Notes: generated by a model from the letters alone, not told the origin. Counted from the first letter of the stretch, positions 37,565-47,062 are shown. The stretch: 64,000 nucleotides of DNA from Planctomycetota bacterium (GCA_050248855.1 JBFWRP010000002.1:64001-128000); one strand, 5' to 3'. Made by a program: numbers and translations.

Positions 37565-39097
37565 CTACTGCTGCGAGTCGACCGTGTTCTTTCTCGTGCC
37601 ATCGGCGACCTCGAGCTCGTTGCGTACGAAGATCGCGCCCCCGTCCACGGCGTTCTGGCGCGCGGCGTAGCGCTCCCACCAGCTGTCGACGGTCCCGCTG
37701 AGCGTCGCCACGCCGTCGGAGACCTCGACGGTGACCTGGTCCGAGCTCACGTAGGGACTCCACCAGAGCTCGCCAACGATCGCATCACGGATCTCGGAGT
37801 CGCTCTCGAGGCTCGCGCGTGGCGTGTGGTCCAGCACGTACCAGTCGTTGGTCCAGATGACCCAGTCGTCGACGTATGGACTGTACGCGTAGGGCAGATC
37901 CTCGACCTCGAGCTTGTTTGCGACCCGCTTGACGCCGTTGATGCGCGCCGCGACATCGTCGGCGTGGCCCTTCTCGAAGAACGTGTCTACCGTCCCCGAG
38001 AGATGGGCGACGCCGTCGTGGACGCGAACGGCCACCTCGTAGCCGTCCAGGTAGGGATCCCTCTGGATGGCGTCGCGAAGGCTCGTTGCGATCTCCGTGT
38101 CGGAACGCTCGGCCGGACGGACGCGCAAATGGTTGAGGACCGAGTGCACACCCACCGTGTGGAGCGCAACATCCTCGGCGGCCCGTAGCGCCTTGAGGTT
38201 GTCGACCGTGCCTCGCAGGGTGACCACGCCGGCGGGATCCGCGTCGGCCTCCACGTTGAACGAGTACACGCGAGGATCTTGGACCAAGGCCATGTCCAAC
38301 GCGTCCTCGACCTTCGCCGGCTCCTTGAGCACGAACTTGTCGCCGCGCAGGTCGGGATCGCGGGCCCAGCCCTTGACCTTGAGCGCGGTGGCGTCCACCG
38401 CGCTGACACCGGAGGTCCAGGCCTCCGAGATGGCCAGGCGCCTCTCGGCGGCACTGCCCACGGTTCCGTCCAGCCGCACCTTGCCCTCCGTCACGGAAAC
38501 GTCGATCAAGGCGTCGTCCACGAGAGCGTTCCAGCGCAGCGCCTTCTTGATCTCGGCGGAGATCTCGGAGTCCACGCGCATCGTCTCCCGGACGACGTGG
38601 ATGTCGTTCTGGATGGACCTGACGCCCCGCACGCCCATGGCGACGCGTTCCGGGAGATCCCGCTCATGCCACGAGTCGACGGTTCCCGAGAGCGTGACGG
38701 CGCCCTGGGCCACGGCGACATCCACTTCGTAGGAGTCCGTGGCCGGATCATCCAGTAGCGCCCGATGGACATCGCGCTCGATCTCGGCATCCGACCGATC
38801 GGTGATGGGATCGATCGTGATGCGGTCGATGACGGCGCGGACGCCCTTGACGGTCTCCGCCACGCGGACGGCTCGCTCCTTGGCGAGCAGGTTGTCGACC
38901 GAGCCCGTCATCGTCACGATGCCCAGGGACGTGTCGACGTCGATGTCGTCGAAGGGGACGGCGCGATCCGAGAGGAGCTCGCGCTCCAGGGCCCTCGTGA
39001 TCTTCGGATCCGTCAGCTTCGTGTCCGTGGGGTCGGCATGGGCCGCGGCGAGGGGGACGGCGAGCGCCCCCAGGATCAAGGCGATGTGTTTCAGCAT
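37565..39097 (-). CDS. Periplasmic multi-BON domain protein (paralog 2)
   Basis: Six BON repeats; colinear with and highly similar to 29141-30637. Confidence 0.93.
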   Translation of the reverse strand: MLKHIALILGALAVPLAAAHADPTDTKLTDPKITRALERELLSDRAVPFDDIDVDTSLGIVTMTGSVDNLLAKERAVRVAETVKGVRAVIDRITIDPITDRSDAEIERDVHRALLDDPATDSYEVDVAVAQGAVTLSGTVDSWHERDLPERVAMGVRGVRSIQNDIHVVRETMRVDSEISAEIKKALRWNALVDDALIDVSVTEGKVRLDGTVGSAAERRLAISEAWTSGVSAVDATALKVKGWARDPDLRGDKFVLKEPAKVEDALDMALVQDPRVYSFNVEADADPAGVVTLRGTVDNLKALRAAEDVALHTVGVHSVLNHLRVRPAERSDTEIATSLRDAIQRDPYLDGYEVAVRVHDGVAHLSGTVDTFFEKGHADDVAARINGVKRVANKLEVEDLPYAYSPYVDDWVIWTNDWYVLDHTPRASLESDSEIRDAIVGELWWSPYVSSDQVTVEVSDGVATLSGTVDSWWERYAARQNAVDGGAIFVRNELEVADGTRKNTVDSQQ

Positions 39098-39211
39098 GGG
39101 TCATTCTCCTGGGTTGTCGGTCTGGGTCGTGATCACACCGTCGCCGTGACAGGTGTGCATGGCCCCCACGCGGCATGCGGGCCGCCTGGGGCACACCACG
39201 CCGCGACCCCC

Positions 39212-39226
39212 GCGATCGGCATGCCA
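39212..39226 (-). promoter_or_regulatory. Sigma-54 promoter (BON paralog 2)
   Basis: Minus strand TGGCATGCCGATCGC, one base different from the paralog 1 site. Confidence 0.6.
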
Positions 39227-39355
39227 GCGCTGGCGTTCACCCCGGCGCCCGTGTCAGGCGCACACGCGCGCGCTTGTGGCGTCACGGCGGCGGGGCGCGT
39301 CCAACCGACTCCGATGGCCTCTGCTGGATCGGAGGTGCTGCGTCAGGTGCGGTGC

Positions 39356-39736
39356 TCAGGTCTCGAGGAGCAGGAACCAGTAGAAGGCCACGGCCACGAG
39401 CCCCGCCGCGCCGTGGATCGCGATCATCGGCACGGGAACCAGCAGCCCCCGGCGATGGCGCCACGCGAGCCAGAGACCCGCCACCGCGACGAGGAAGAAC
39501 AGCAAGGCGCCAAGGCCCACGAGGCCTGGGCGTTCACCGTGGATCAGTCCGAACACGAGCGCTGCGAACCCCAGGAGCACGAGCGCGCCGTGGCCCATCA
39601 CGAGGACCCGCGGCGGGTTGCTCCCGCGCACGATGCGGATCGCGAACAAGGCAAGGCCGCCCAGGGCCGCCAAGCTCATGAGGACTGCTGCGGCCACGGC
39701 CGGCCGGGTCAGGTCCAGTTCGCCAGGGAGGGGCAT
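39356..39736 (-). CDS. Small four-TM membrane protein
   Basis: Two repeats of TM-P-x-HG-TM; GGAGG RBS. Confidence 0.75.
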   Translation of the reverse strand: MPLPGELDLTRPAVAAAVLMSLAALGGLALFAIRIVRGSNPPRVLVMGHGALVLLGFAALVFGLIHGERPGLVGLGALLFFLVAVAGLWLAWRHRRGLLVPVPMIAIHGAAGLVAVAFYWFLLLET

Positions 39737-39794
39737 GCGGCCTCCGACATCTCCGGAGCGGACCTCCGGGCTCATCGTGCAGTCGGTGCTCCCT

Positions 39795-39809
39795 GCAAGC
39801 GGCCGACCA
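39795..39809 (-). promoter_or_regulatory. Candidate sigma-54 promoter
   Basis: Minus strand TGGTCGGCCGCTTGC. Confidence 0.5.
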
Positions 39810-39929
39810 AACGCCCGATCCGCCCGTGGCAAGGGGAGTCGCGCCGTGGGCGGGGCACGCGAGGCCCAGGCGCCGACGCCGTGCAGATGCTGCGCCTCCG
39901 GAGGGCGGACCCTCGGAGGCCTGCTGCGG

Positions 39930-41045
39930 TCAGGTGCCCGCGGCCGGCCCGGCGACCTGATGGGCGCGAAGCAGGTAGAAGCCGGTCACCGTGACGGCGT
40001 AGATGACGAGCACGAGCACGGAGTCCAGCCCCAGGTTGCCCACGGACCGGTTGCGCCGCTCGACGATGCCGACGAGGTAGACCACCGTCACCACGATGCC
40101 CATGGCCGCGCCGAACAGAGCCGACGGGCCCGCGGCATCGAGGATCGGTCCGGGCCGGTAGGCTGCGTCGCAGAGGAAGAGGAGCAGAAGCATCACCGCA
40201 TTGCTGCCGAAGATGTTGGCCACGGCCATCCGGTAGGCACCCAGGCGTACGGAGGTGAGCGTGGTGCTCAGCTCGGGCAGGGACGTGGTCGCCGCGATCA
40301 GGACGGCTCCGACGAAGCTGGAGCCCACGCCCGTCTGCTGGGCGAGAGCCTCGCCCGTGCCGGCGATCGCGTACCCGGCGACCAAGATGACGGCTGCGGC
40401 CAGGGCGAAGCCCTGGGCGGCCTCTCGACGGCTCGTGTCGTGCGCGGTTCGCTCGGCCGCCGCCGGTGGCGGCACGTCCGTGTCCGCCACGCTCCACTGC
40501 TCCGCGGCGCGCGAGCGCTTGAGCACGACCACGGACGCCACGTAGGCCGCCGCGATCAGCAAGCTGGAGGCTCCGACGCCCGCGTACGAGATCTGCTCGC
40601 CCAGCGCGAGGGCGGCCAGGGCCAGGGCGAGCAGGAGGATGAGCGTCAGCCCCTGCAGGAGGAGTCGCGTGTCGGGCGCGAAGAACGTGAGCGAACCCCC
40701 GCGAACCGTGAAGTCCGCCACGGCCAGGAGCGCCGTCTGGAGCACGACGCCGCCGAACAGGTTGTTCACCGCCATGGGGGCGTTGCCCATGCCCGCCGCC
40801 GTCAGGCTCGTGACGACCTCCGGCAGCTCGGTGGCGCCTGCCAGGAGCACGGCGCCCACCAGGGCTTGGTTCCACCCGGCGGCCCGGGCGAGCTGGTCCG
40901 CGCGCGTCGCCAAGCGCGTTCCGGCCAGCCACACCGCTCCTGCGGCCACGGTGAACACCACCAGGTTGGCGAGGAGGGGAACTGCGAGGAAGTCGATCGT
41001 GGGCAGGGGGTACCCCGAAACAGTGTCACGCAACTCGCTTGCCAT
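39930..41045 (-). CDS. Sodium:calcium antiporter family protein
   Basis: Alpha repeats GATELPEVVTS...NNLFGG and ATTSLPELST...ANIFGSN. Start uncertain. Confidence 0.92.
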   Translation of the reverse strand: MASELRDTVSGYPLPTIDFLAVPLLANLVVFTVAAGAVWLAGTRLATRADQLARAAGWNQALVGAVLLAGATELPEVVTSLTAAGMGNAPMAVNNLFGGVVLQTALLAVADFTVRGGSLTFFAPDTRLLLQGLTLILLLALALAALALGEQISYAGVGASSLLIAAAYVASVVVLKRSRAAEQWSVADTDVPPPAAAERTAHDTSRREAAQGFALAAAVILVAGYAIAGTGEALAQQTGVGSSFVGAVLIAATTSLPELSTTLTSVRLGAYRMAVANIFGSNAVMLLLLFLCDAAYRPGPILDAAGPSALFGAAMGIVVTVVYLVGIVERRNRSVGNLGLDSVLVLVIYAVTVTGFYLLRAHQVAGPAAGT

Positions 41046-41068
41046 CCGGCAGCTTGGCGCGCGGATGT

Positions 41069-41083
41069 CGGAACGCGCTTCGC
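41069..41083 (+). promoter_or_regulatory. Candidate sigma-54 promoter
   Basis: CGGAACGCGCTTCGC. Confidence 0.4.
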
Positions 41084-41119
41084 AGGGGTGCCGTACAGAC
41101 CCCGCGACAGGAGGACCAC

Positions 41120-41440
41120 ATGGCCAACACGTCGACACCCCAGTCCGAGCAGCGCGAGAAGTCGCCCGCCGAGGCAAAGCGCTCGGACGTGGATCCGGCC
41201 TACATCCCCCTCGCTTCCGAGGGGCCCGAGGGGCCCGAGGCCACCCAGTCCAAGCCCGGCCTCGTCCCGCAGCGCAGTGGCGCCCTTCCGCGGTACTTTT
41301 CCGGCTGGATCGTCACGCTCGCGATCGGCGTCTTCGTCGTCGTACCGGTCCTGATGGGATCCCCGCTCCTCGGTGTCGCCCTGGGGGCCGCGCTCATGCT
41401 GGCGATCCTGTTCGTGCCGTGGAGCCGACGACGCCGGTAG
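41120..41440 (+). CDS. Small membrane protein (two C-terminal TM helices)
   Basis: AGGAGG RBS; disordered N-terminus, TM hairpin, basic C-terminus. Confidence 0.75.
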   Translation: MANTSTPQSEQREKSPAEAKRSDVDPAYIPLASEGPEGPEATQSKPGLVPQRSGALPRYFSGWIVTLAIGVFVVVPVLMGSPLLGVALGAALMLAILFVPWSRRRR

Positions 41441-41612
41441 GGTCTGTCCAAGAACACTCCGTCGCGAGGGTGCCGGGGCCGAAGCGAGCCACAGGCACGA
41501 CGAGAATCCGGGCCGGAGGCGGTCTCCTGACCGTAGAGGACCCGGATTCGAGCTGGGACGTGGCGCAGCAAGAGACCCGGTGGCCGCAGCAGGAGGCGCT
41601 TTCGGACAGACC

Positions 41613-42266
41613 CTAGTCGAAGGTACCCGCCTCTCGCACCAGGCGGATCCAGGAGTAGCGAGGCGCGTTCCGTGTTGTGTGCCACGCGCTCATGGTCGAC
41701 CAGAGTGCGTTCATCGTGGACACGGTGGGGACGTGCCGGTGCATGTGGAGCGCACTGTTCAAGACGGCGATGAACGCCGCGTTCTCCCAGTCCAAGCTGC
41801 GGATGCCCCCCTCGGCGAATGTCGACTCGAACCACTCCGCAACCTGCGCCCAGCGCCAAAGAGGAGACTGACTGCGCAGGCTGTGCTCAGGGGCGGGGAA
41901 TCCTCCGGGCCCGCGCTCTCCTTGCGCGAGCTGCCGGATGCTCTCCCGCGTGCGTCCGACTCTCCGCGCGATCTCCGAGGCCGTCACCAGATCATCGGGC
42001 TCCACGCGAGCGACATCTACGCCGTCAATGGTCTCCACGTCGCTGATGGCGCTCAGGACGGCCTCAGGCAGCGATCTCGCGAGCCGGTCGAACTCCAAGA
42101 ACCCGACCCCGTTGCGAATCCCCAAGACGGCGTCGTCGCATCCGGCCTCGAAGACTGCCGTCTCCAAGTGGTCGTCCAGCTCGCGCACGCCAGACAGCAC
42201 GAGCGTGAAGTTGTGCGCCACGTCGCCATCTAGCGCATCCCGTGAGCTGTCACCCCGCTTGCCCAT
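41613..42266 (-). CDS. Putative antitoxin / DNA-binding protein (HicB-like N-terminus plus HTH)
   Basis: FEAGCDDA...FDR.A.SL.EAV.SAI.DV, then DLVTASEIARRVGRTRESIRQL and GFPAP. Confidence 0.75.
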   Translation of the reverse strand: MGKRGDSSRDALDGDVAHNFTLVLSGVRELDDHLETAVFEAGCDDAVLGIRNGVGFLEFDRLARSLPEAVLSAISDVETIDGVDVARVEPDDLVTASEIARRVGRTRESIRQLAQGERGPGGFPAPEHSLRSQSPLWRWAQVAEWFESTFAEGGIRSLDWENAAFIAVLNSALHMHRHVPTVSTMNALWSTMSAWHTTRNAPRYSWIRLVREAGTFD

Positions 42267-42492
42267 GGTCACTCCTTGCGTGGTCGCACCTGTCCACGAC
42301 TCGTCGGATCTGTCGCGCGTGACGATCTGGATCGCGAGGCGTCGACCAGACGGACAGCTGGCAGTCGCCGCGCGAGCCGCCAGGACACCTGAGGCGTCCC
42401 CAGGCATGGCCCATTGACTCCGTAAGGCTCCAGCCTCTGGCGGTCGCGTGCCTCACGGCCGCCTCGATCTCCTTGTTCGGGTGTCGGGCCAC
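42250..42492 (-). CDS. Putative HicA-like toxin
   Basis: 80-aa basic protein RHPNKEI..A...GW...GHAWGRLRC...SVWSTP; overlaps the downstream gene. Confidence 0.7.
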   Translation of the reverse strand: MARHPNKEIEAAVRHATARGWSLTESMGHAWGRLRCPGGSRGDCQLSVWSTPRDPDRHARQIRRVVDRCDHARSDHGQAG

Positions 42493-42508
42493 GAGCCGCG
42501 CCTCTCCA

Positions 42509-42538
42509 AGGCTACCCGGCTGTTGACAGATGTCAACA
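42509..42538 (-). promoter_or_regulatory. Sigma-70 promoter with palindromic operator
   Basis: Minus strand TTGACA-16 nt-TAGCCT; perfect inverted repeat TGTTGACA-GA-TGTCAACA at 42521-42538. Confidence 0.75.
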
Positions 42539-42650
42539 CCTGAGGGCGGGTTGGTGCTCCAGATGCCGCCTGTGCGGCCAGGGTGTCCACGCGCCGGTCC
42601 TCGTCGGGGTGACGCCGCGGCCGAGATGCGACGTGCTTCTCCGCCGACGC

Positions 42651-44219
42651 CTATTTGGCCGCCGTCCCTGCCTCGGCTTCGGGCCGGGGAAGCTGCTCGA
42701 GCAGCAGCTCGAGCTCGGCGCGTTGCTCGGGCGTGATCCGCACGTACTGCGTGTTGGTCCCACTCAAGCGCTCGTTCCAGAACGTGTAGACGATGCGCGC
42801 ACCGGGGGACCGATGGTCGGTCGTCCCCTCCAGCAGCGCCTCGACCATCGCGCGCACGGACGAGACGGGCTTGTCGCCCACGTGGAAGATGCCGTACCCG
42901 CGCTCGAGCAGGCCGATGCCCAGCGCCTTCGGGTCTTCGCCGGGGTGCAGGATGACCACGTGGACGTGATCCGGTAGCTCGAACGCCCGGCGCAGATCGT
43001 CCGTGACGTCCGCCACCTCGAGGCCCAGCACCTTCGATGTCGTCGCGCTGACGGCTGGCGTGATCGCCTCGGCCACCAGGCGGACGGCGTCGTCATCGTC
43101 TTCGATCGTCAGCTCGCGCTTGGCCCGCAGGTCGCGCGACGGAGCGCGAGCCGAGAGCGTGGCCTTGCCGTGCGACAGGTTCTCCAAGCGGAAGCGCCCG
43201 GCCTCGTCCGTGCGAACGCCTCGACGCAGGTTCCAGTCCGTGCCGTACTCGACGACCACGGGCACGTCGACGAGGGGATGTCCCCACGGGTCCACGACGG
43301 TGCCCGCCAGCGTGACGCCCCGGCTCATGGTCACGACCCAGGCACCACGTTCCTCGACCGGCACGTCCCCGGGATCGACGCGAAGAACGGCGTGGCCCTC
43401 CTTGTGGAACGTGATTGCCATCAGGCTCTCGAGACTCGACCACATGCCCTCGTTCAGCCCGACCTTGGGGTCCTCGGGAAACGGCCCCAGCGAGAAGCTG
43501 CCGTCCTCGGCGCTTGGCACCTGGCGCCTTCCGATGATGTGGTTGCGCCCGGACACGGTGACCGTGGTCGCGTAGTCGATCTGCACGCCGCCAAGCGGCG
43601 CACCGCCCTCATCTTGGACGTGGCCCTGGAGGTGGAAGCTGCGCCGCGCCCACACGATCACGTCGGTGACCGTGCCCAGCTTGGGGAGCGGCATGCCGTG
43701 GGGCGACTCCTCCTTCGCCCCGACGACTTTCGTGCGGAGCACGCTCCAGCCCGGAGTGTCCAGGGTGAACGCGTTCAGGTACCGGGGCGGGTCGCCCTCG
43801 ACGACGAGCCGGAAGCGACCTCCTCCGAGCATCTCGGCCGGAAGGGATTCCGTCTTCGTGCTGAAGCCGGCCCGCTCGCCGGGGACGGCCACGCTGTGTC
43901 TGCCGACCACGTCGACGCCCTCCAGCGGCTCGTCGGTCGCCGCGTCCTTCAACACGCCCATCACCATGTAGCTCGTGGCGTCTGGCGCCGGGGCCTCCTC
44001 GTCCTCCGGCGTCGTCGGTGCGAGGTCTACGGCTTCCGGCTCCGGGAGGGGGGAGCCTCTCAGGGTGGGTGCCGCCGACCCTGCCGCGCCCTCGGGGGGC
44101 GATGCGAAGTGCGAGCCGTCGCCTTCGCGCGCGTCCGGCGCACTCACCCACACCCCGACGACGACGGCTCCAACGAGAAGGACCACCAGGGCGATGGCAT
44201 TCGCTCGCGACACGTGCAT
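42651..44219 (-). CDS. Membrane-anchored carboxypeptidase-regulatory-like domain protein
   Basis: N-terminal TM helix; repeated GxVxD..G.P..GV and TDEAGRFRL units; PDZ-like C-terminal segment. Confidence 0.8.
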   Translation of the reverse strand: MHVSRANAIALVVLLVGAVVVGVWVSAPDAREGDGSHFASPPEGAAGSAAPTLRGSPLPEPEAVDLAPTTPEDEEAPAPDATSYMVMGVLKDAATDEPLEGVDVVGRHSVAVPGERAGFSTKTESLPAEMLGGGRFRLVVEGDPPRYLNAFTLDTPGWSVLRTKVVGAKEESPHGMPLPKLGTVTDVIVWARRSFHLQGHVQDEGGAPLGGVQIDYATTVTVSGRNHIIGRRQVPSAEDGSFSLGPFPEDPKVGLNEGMWSSLESLMAITFHKEGHAVLRVDPGDVPVEERGAWVVTMSRGVTLAGTVVDPWGHPLVDVPVVVEYGTDWNLRRGVRTDEAGRFRLENLSHGKATLSARAPSRDLRAKRELTIEDDDDAVRLVAEAITPAVSATTSKVLGLEVADVTDDLRRAFELPDHVHVVILHPGEDPKALGIGLLERGYGIFHVGDKPVSSVRAMVEALLEGTTDHRSPGARIVYTFWNERLSGTNTQYVRITPEQRAELELLLEQLPRPEAEAGTAAK

Positions 44220-44340
44220 GGCGCCGAGCATAGCGACGGCGTCCGGCGGCGACCGGTGCCGCAGCGGCTGCCGCCGCCGCCTGCGGCCCCTCTCGGTAGC
44301 TCCATGTGCCAGCGATGGCCAACAGCTCGTCTCGGTCATG

Positions 44341-44410
44341 TGTCGAGTTCGCTGGTCACTTCAGATAGTGACCAGTTCCATCGACAGATCTCGAGGAGCC
44401 TTTCGAGATC
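44341..44410. repeat. Intergenic dyad elements
   Basis: TGTCGA..CTGGTCACT-6 nt-AGTGACCAG..TCGACA followed by GATCTCGA..TCGAGATC. Confidence 0.6.
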
Positions 44411-44629
44411 CCTGAAGTCAGGGCTTGGAGGGCGGGAGAGGCCGGCCGTCGCCTACCTCGACGGCCTCCTTCGGCTCGCCCTCGTGGTCCCCGCTGTCTC
44501 GCCGGTGGCGACAGGGCCTCGCAGGGCAGCAGGGCTCGGGCCCCACGGGCGAGCAGCTCCGGAGGCGGTTCCCAGGGCTCCTCGGCGGCCCCGCGCCTCG
44601 CGTACAGTCACGCTCCTGGAGAGGTGGCC

Positions 44630-45856
44630 ATGAAGACGACGGGCGCCGCGCGGATCTTGGTTGCGGGGGCACTGCTGGTTGGGGCTGGAGCGTGGGCCCA
44701 CGCGGGCGACCCGCCGAAGGCGCAGCCCACCGACCAGTACGTGAAGCTCCTCGAGGGCAAGCGCTTGGTCGAAGGGCGCGGCTTCGAGGGGGTCGTCGAG
44801 TTCGGCATGTCGCTCGCGCAGGTGAAGGAGCGTCTCGGCCCGGGCCGCGAGCCGGGTCAGCTGTGGCCAGGCTGGCACGTCTACGACAAGGGGCCGTGGA
44901 AGCTGTCGATCATCGTGCGGCCCGATCTGGAGCGCGGCCGCCAGCTGGATCGTGTCGAGGTCATGCTCCTCGAGGGCGCGAAGGCACCGGGCACGAGCTG
45001 CGGCGTCCACATCGGGGACAACATCGACAAGGTCGCGGAGGCCTACGGCAGGTCCCCCGTCCACTTCGAAGGCAAGATCGACAACCCCGACGACAAGCGC
45101 ATGTTCTTCGTGTTCGGCAGCGAGGACGGGGAAGAGGTCACCGACTTCCCGGCGCGCATCAAGTTCGACATGACCGTGAGCATGGGCAACTACTACGCGG
45201 ACCGCGGCGTCCTCGTCACGTTGGGCGACGAGGGCAAGGTCGACCGCGTCATCGCCTTCCTCAAGCCCGACCCCGTGCCCATTTGGCTGCGCGAGCAGCC
45301 TGATCCGCCCCGGCCTTGGCTGACGGTGTTCCAGGAAGGCGTGGCCAAGCCGCGGTTCGAACAGCCGGACGCCGAAGCGGAAGCACGCGGCCTGCTGCAG
45401 CTACCGCCTCCGCCCGAGGTCAACCCGATCATGCTGTCCGACCTCTCGCTGCCCATCCCGCTGGGCTGGCGCGACGAGGGTGATGTCTGGGTTTCGCCCG
45501 ACGGCGCCGAGCGGCTGAGCGTCGAGCGGGAGGTGCCCGAACCGGGCGAGGCCCCGGCCGAGTGGTTCGACTACGTGGCCTCCTTCACCACCGGCATCCT
45601 GACCGATCCCGCCCAGCGCAACGTGCCCGAGGCCCTCCTGAAGGAGATCGGCGCGTCCGCCGGACGCACCTACCACTTCCAGGCGCCCGTCGCCGATGGC
45701 GAAAGCTGTCCCCTGCGCACCTGGGTCCTCCTGCTCGCCCAGGGCGAGCAGTACTGGCGCATCAGCATCTCGCGTCGTGTCGAGAGCGACTACCCGAGCC
45801 CCGACGGCATGGAACTGGCAAGGCGCGTGTTCCGTGGGATCCGGATCACGCCGTAG
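44630..45856 (+). CDS. Hypothetical secreted protein
   Basis: Signal peptide ending AWA/AHA; GAGAGG RBS; host-like codon usage. Confidence 0.8.
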   Translation: MKTTGAARILVAGALLVGAGAWAHAGDPPKAQPTDQYVKLLEGKRLVEGRGFEGVVEFGMSLAQVKERLGPGREPGQLWPGWHVYDKGPWKLSIIVRPDLERGRQLDRVEVMLLEGAKAPGTSCGVHIGDNIDKVAEAYGRSPVHFEGKIDNPDDKRMFFVFGSEDGEEVTDFPARIKFDMTVSMGNYYADRGVLVTLGDEGKVDRVIAFLKPDPVPIWLREQPDPPRPWLTVFQEGVAKPRFEQPDAEAEARGLLQLPPPPEVNPIMLSDLSLPIPLGWRDEGDVWVSPDGAERLSVEREVPEPGEAPAEWFDYVASFTTGILTDPAQRNVPEALLKEIGASAGRTYHFQAPVADGESCPLRTWVLLLAQGEQYWRISISRRVESDYPSPDGMELARRVFRGIRITP

Positions 45857-45871
45857 CGACGCGCGCCCTCA

Positions 45872-45973
45872 GAGCCTGAGAGGAAATCTCAGGCTCGGGC
45901 GTCGGCCTGCCTTGGCAGGCCGCGCCCGATGGCACCTGAGAGGCTGAGCCTGCACTTCTGCTCAGCCTCTCAG
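45872..45973. terminator. Three stacked hairpins between convergent genes
   Basis: GAGCCTGAGA/TCTCAGGCTC, CGGCCTGCC/GGCAGGCCG and CTGAGAGGCTGAGC/GCTCAGCCTCTCAG; no U-tract. Confidence 0.5.
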
Positions 45974-46782
45974 TAGGTGCCGATCTCCTCGGGCCTGACC
46001 CCCAGGCGGCGAGCGATCGTGCGTAGCGTCGCGGCGCGCGGCGCGTCAACCTCGCCGCGCTCGATGCGGGCCAGCGTCTTGGCACTCAGGCCGGGGAAGC
46101 CGTCGCGCGGGACGCGCTTGAAACGCCGGAGGCGCCGGAGACATCCGCCGAACGAGGCGTCCGCGTCGACGCGACGGGCGTTCGCCCGTCGCCGGTACGC
46201 GGCATCGCGCTCGAGAAGCAAGGCCTCGAACGCGATCTCGTACCCGCCGAGCGCGATCGTCTGCCCGCTGTCGCGAAGCTGCAGCCGGCGGGGGTCCAAG
46301 GCGGCTTGCTCGCCAGCGGCCGCAAGGGACCTCACGGAAGCCACCAGCACCGAGAAGTCGCCTCGGTGCAGAACCAGGTGATCGCCACGGCCATCGACAC
46401 TCGCCGCGATGCAGTAGTCCTCCGGGTGATCGGAGCCAAGGACCTCCAAGAGCTCGTCCGGGCCCAGGCATGTCTGCGTACGGGGGACGATCGCCGCGAA
46501 GGCGGCGCGCAGGGATGAGAGCGCCTCCACGTCGATCTCGCACTCCAGCAAGAGTCGCGCGTGGGGACGCATGCTGGGGTGCGTAGAGAGGGCCTGGAGG
46601 AGCCACGCTGCGGACTCCTTGTGGGGCACCACCCAGAGCTGCCGCTGCCCGGCCTGGGCCAACGCCTGGCGGACCGCCTCGGCCTGACCCAACCGGTGGG
46701 ATGCGAGCCGTGCCCACCCATGCTTGCGGCGCGCGCGCGCACGGTCGACGAGCACGAGCTCGATGGCGGGTCCAGCCTTCAC
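45970..46782 (-). CDS. XRE-family HTH protein with DUF2442-like middle domain (putative antitoxin)
   Basis: C-terminal FGGCLRRLRR...GLSAKTLARIERGE...TLRTIARRLGV; middle segment LRDSGQTIALG.YEI. Confidence 0.75.
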   Translation of the reverse strand: MKAGPAIELVLVDRARARRKHGWARLASHRLGQAEAVRQALAQAGQRQLWVVPHKESAAWLLQALSTHPSMRPHARLLLECEIDVEALSSLRAAFAAIVPRTQTCLGPDELLEVLGSDHPEDYCIAASVDGRGDHLVLHRGDFSVLVASVRSLAAAGEQAALDPRRLQLRDSGQTIALGGYEIAFEALLLERDAAYRRRANARRVDADASFGGCLRRLRRFKRVPRDGFPGLSAKTLARIERGEVDAPRAATLRTIARRLGVRPEEIGTY

Positions 46783-47042
46783 ACGGGGTTCTCCGGGTAC
46801 ATGCGGTTCCAAGCCCGCGTGAGCTTCGGGCGCGCCCGGCGCACTTCGTCCAGGAGTGCGCCCGGTACCAGGCTCGGGTCCGGGCTGACGTCGAGGAAGC
46901 GAAGGTCACGCAGGCTCACGCGCCAGCATGAGATGCGTCGGAGCACGGAGACGTGCGGCGTCTCGCATCGCTCCCGGTCGCGGATCTTCACCTTCCACCC
47001 CTGCGCGACCAGGTCGGGTGACAGGGAGAGGGAGTACGCCAC
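46779..47042 (-). CDS. DUF4160-like small protein (putative toxin partner)
   Basis: KVKIRDRERCETPHV...L.RAWN; GGAGG RBS; GTGA overlap with the HTH gene. Confidence 0.65.
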   Translation of the reverse strand: MAYSLSLSPDLVAQGWKVKIRDRERCETPHVSVLRRISCWRVSLRDLRFLDVSPDPSLVPGALLDEVRRARPKLTRAWNRMYPENPV

Positions 47043-47062
47043 GGACCTCCGGGCGCGGAGCC

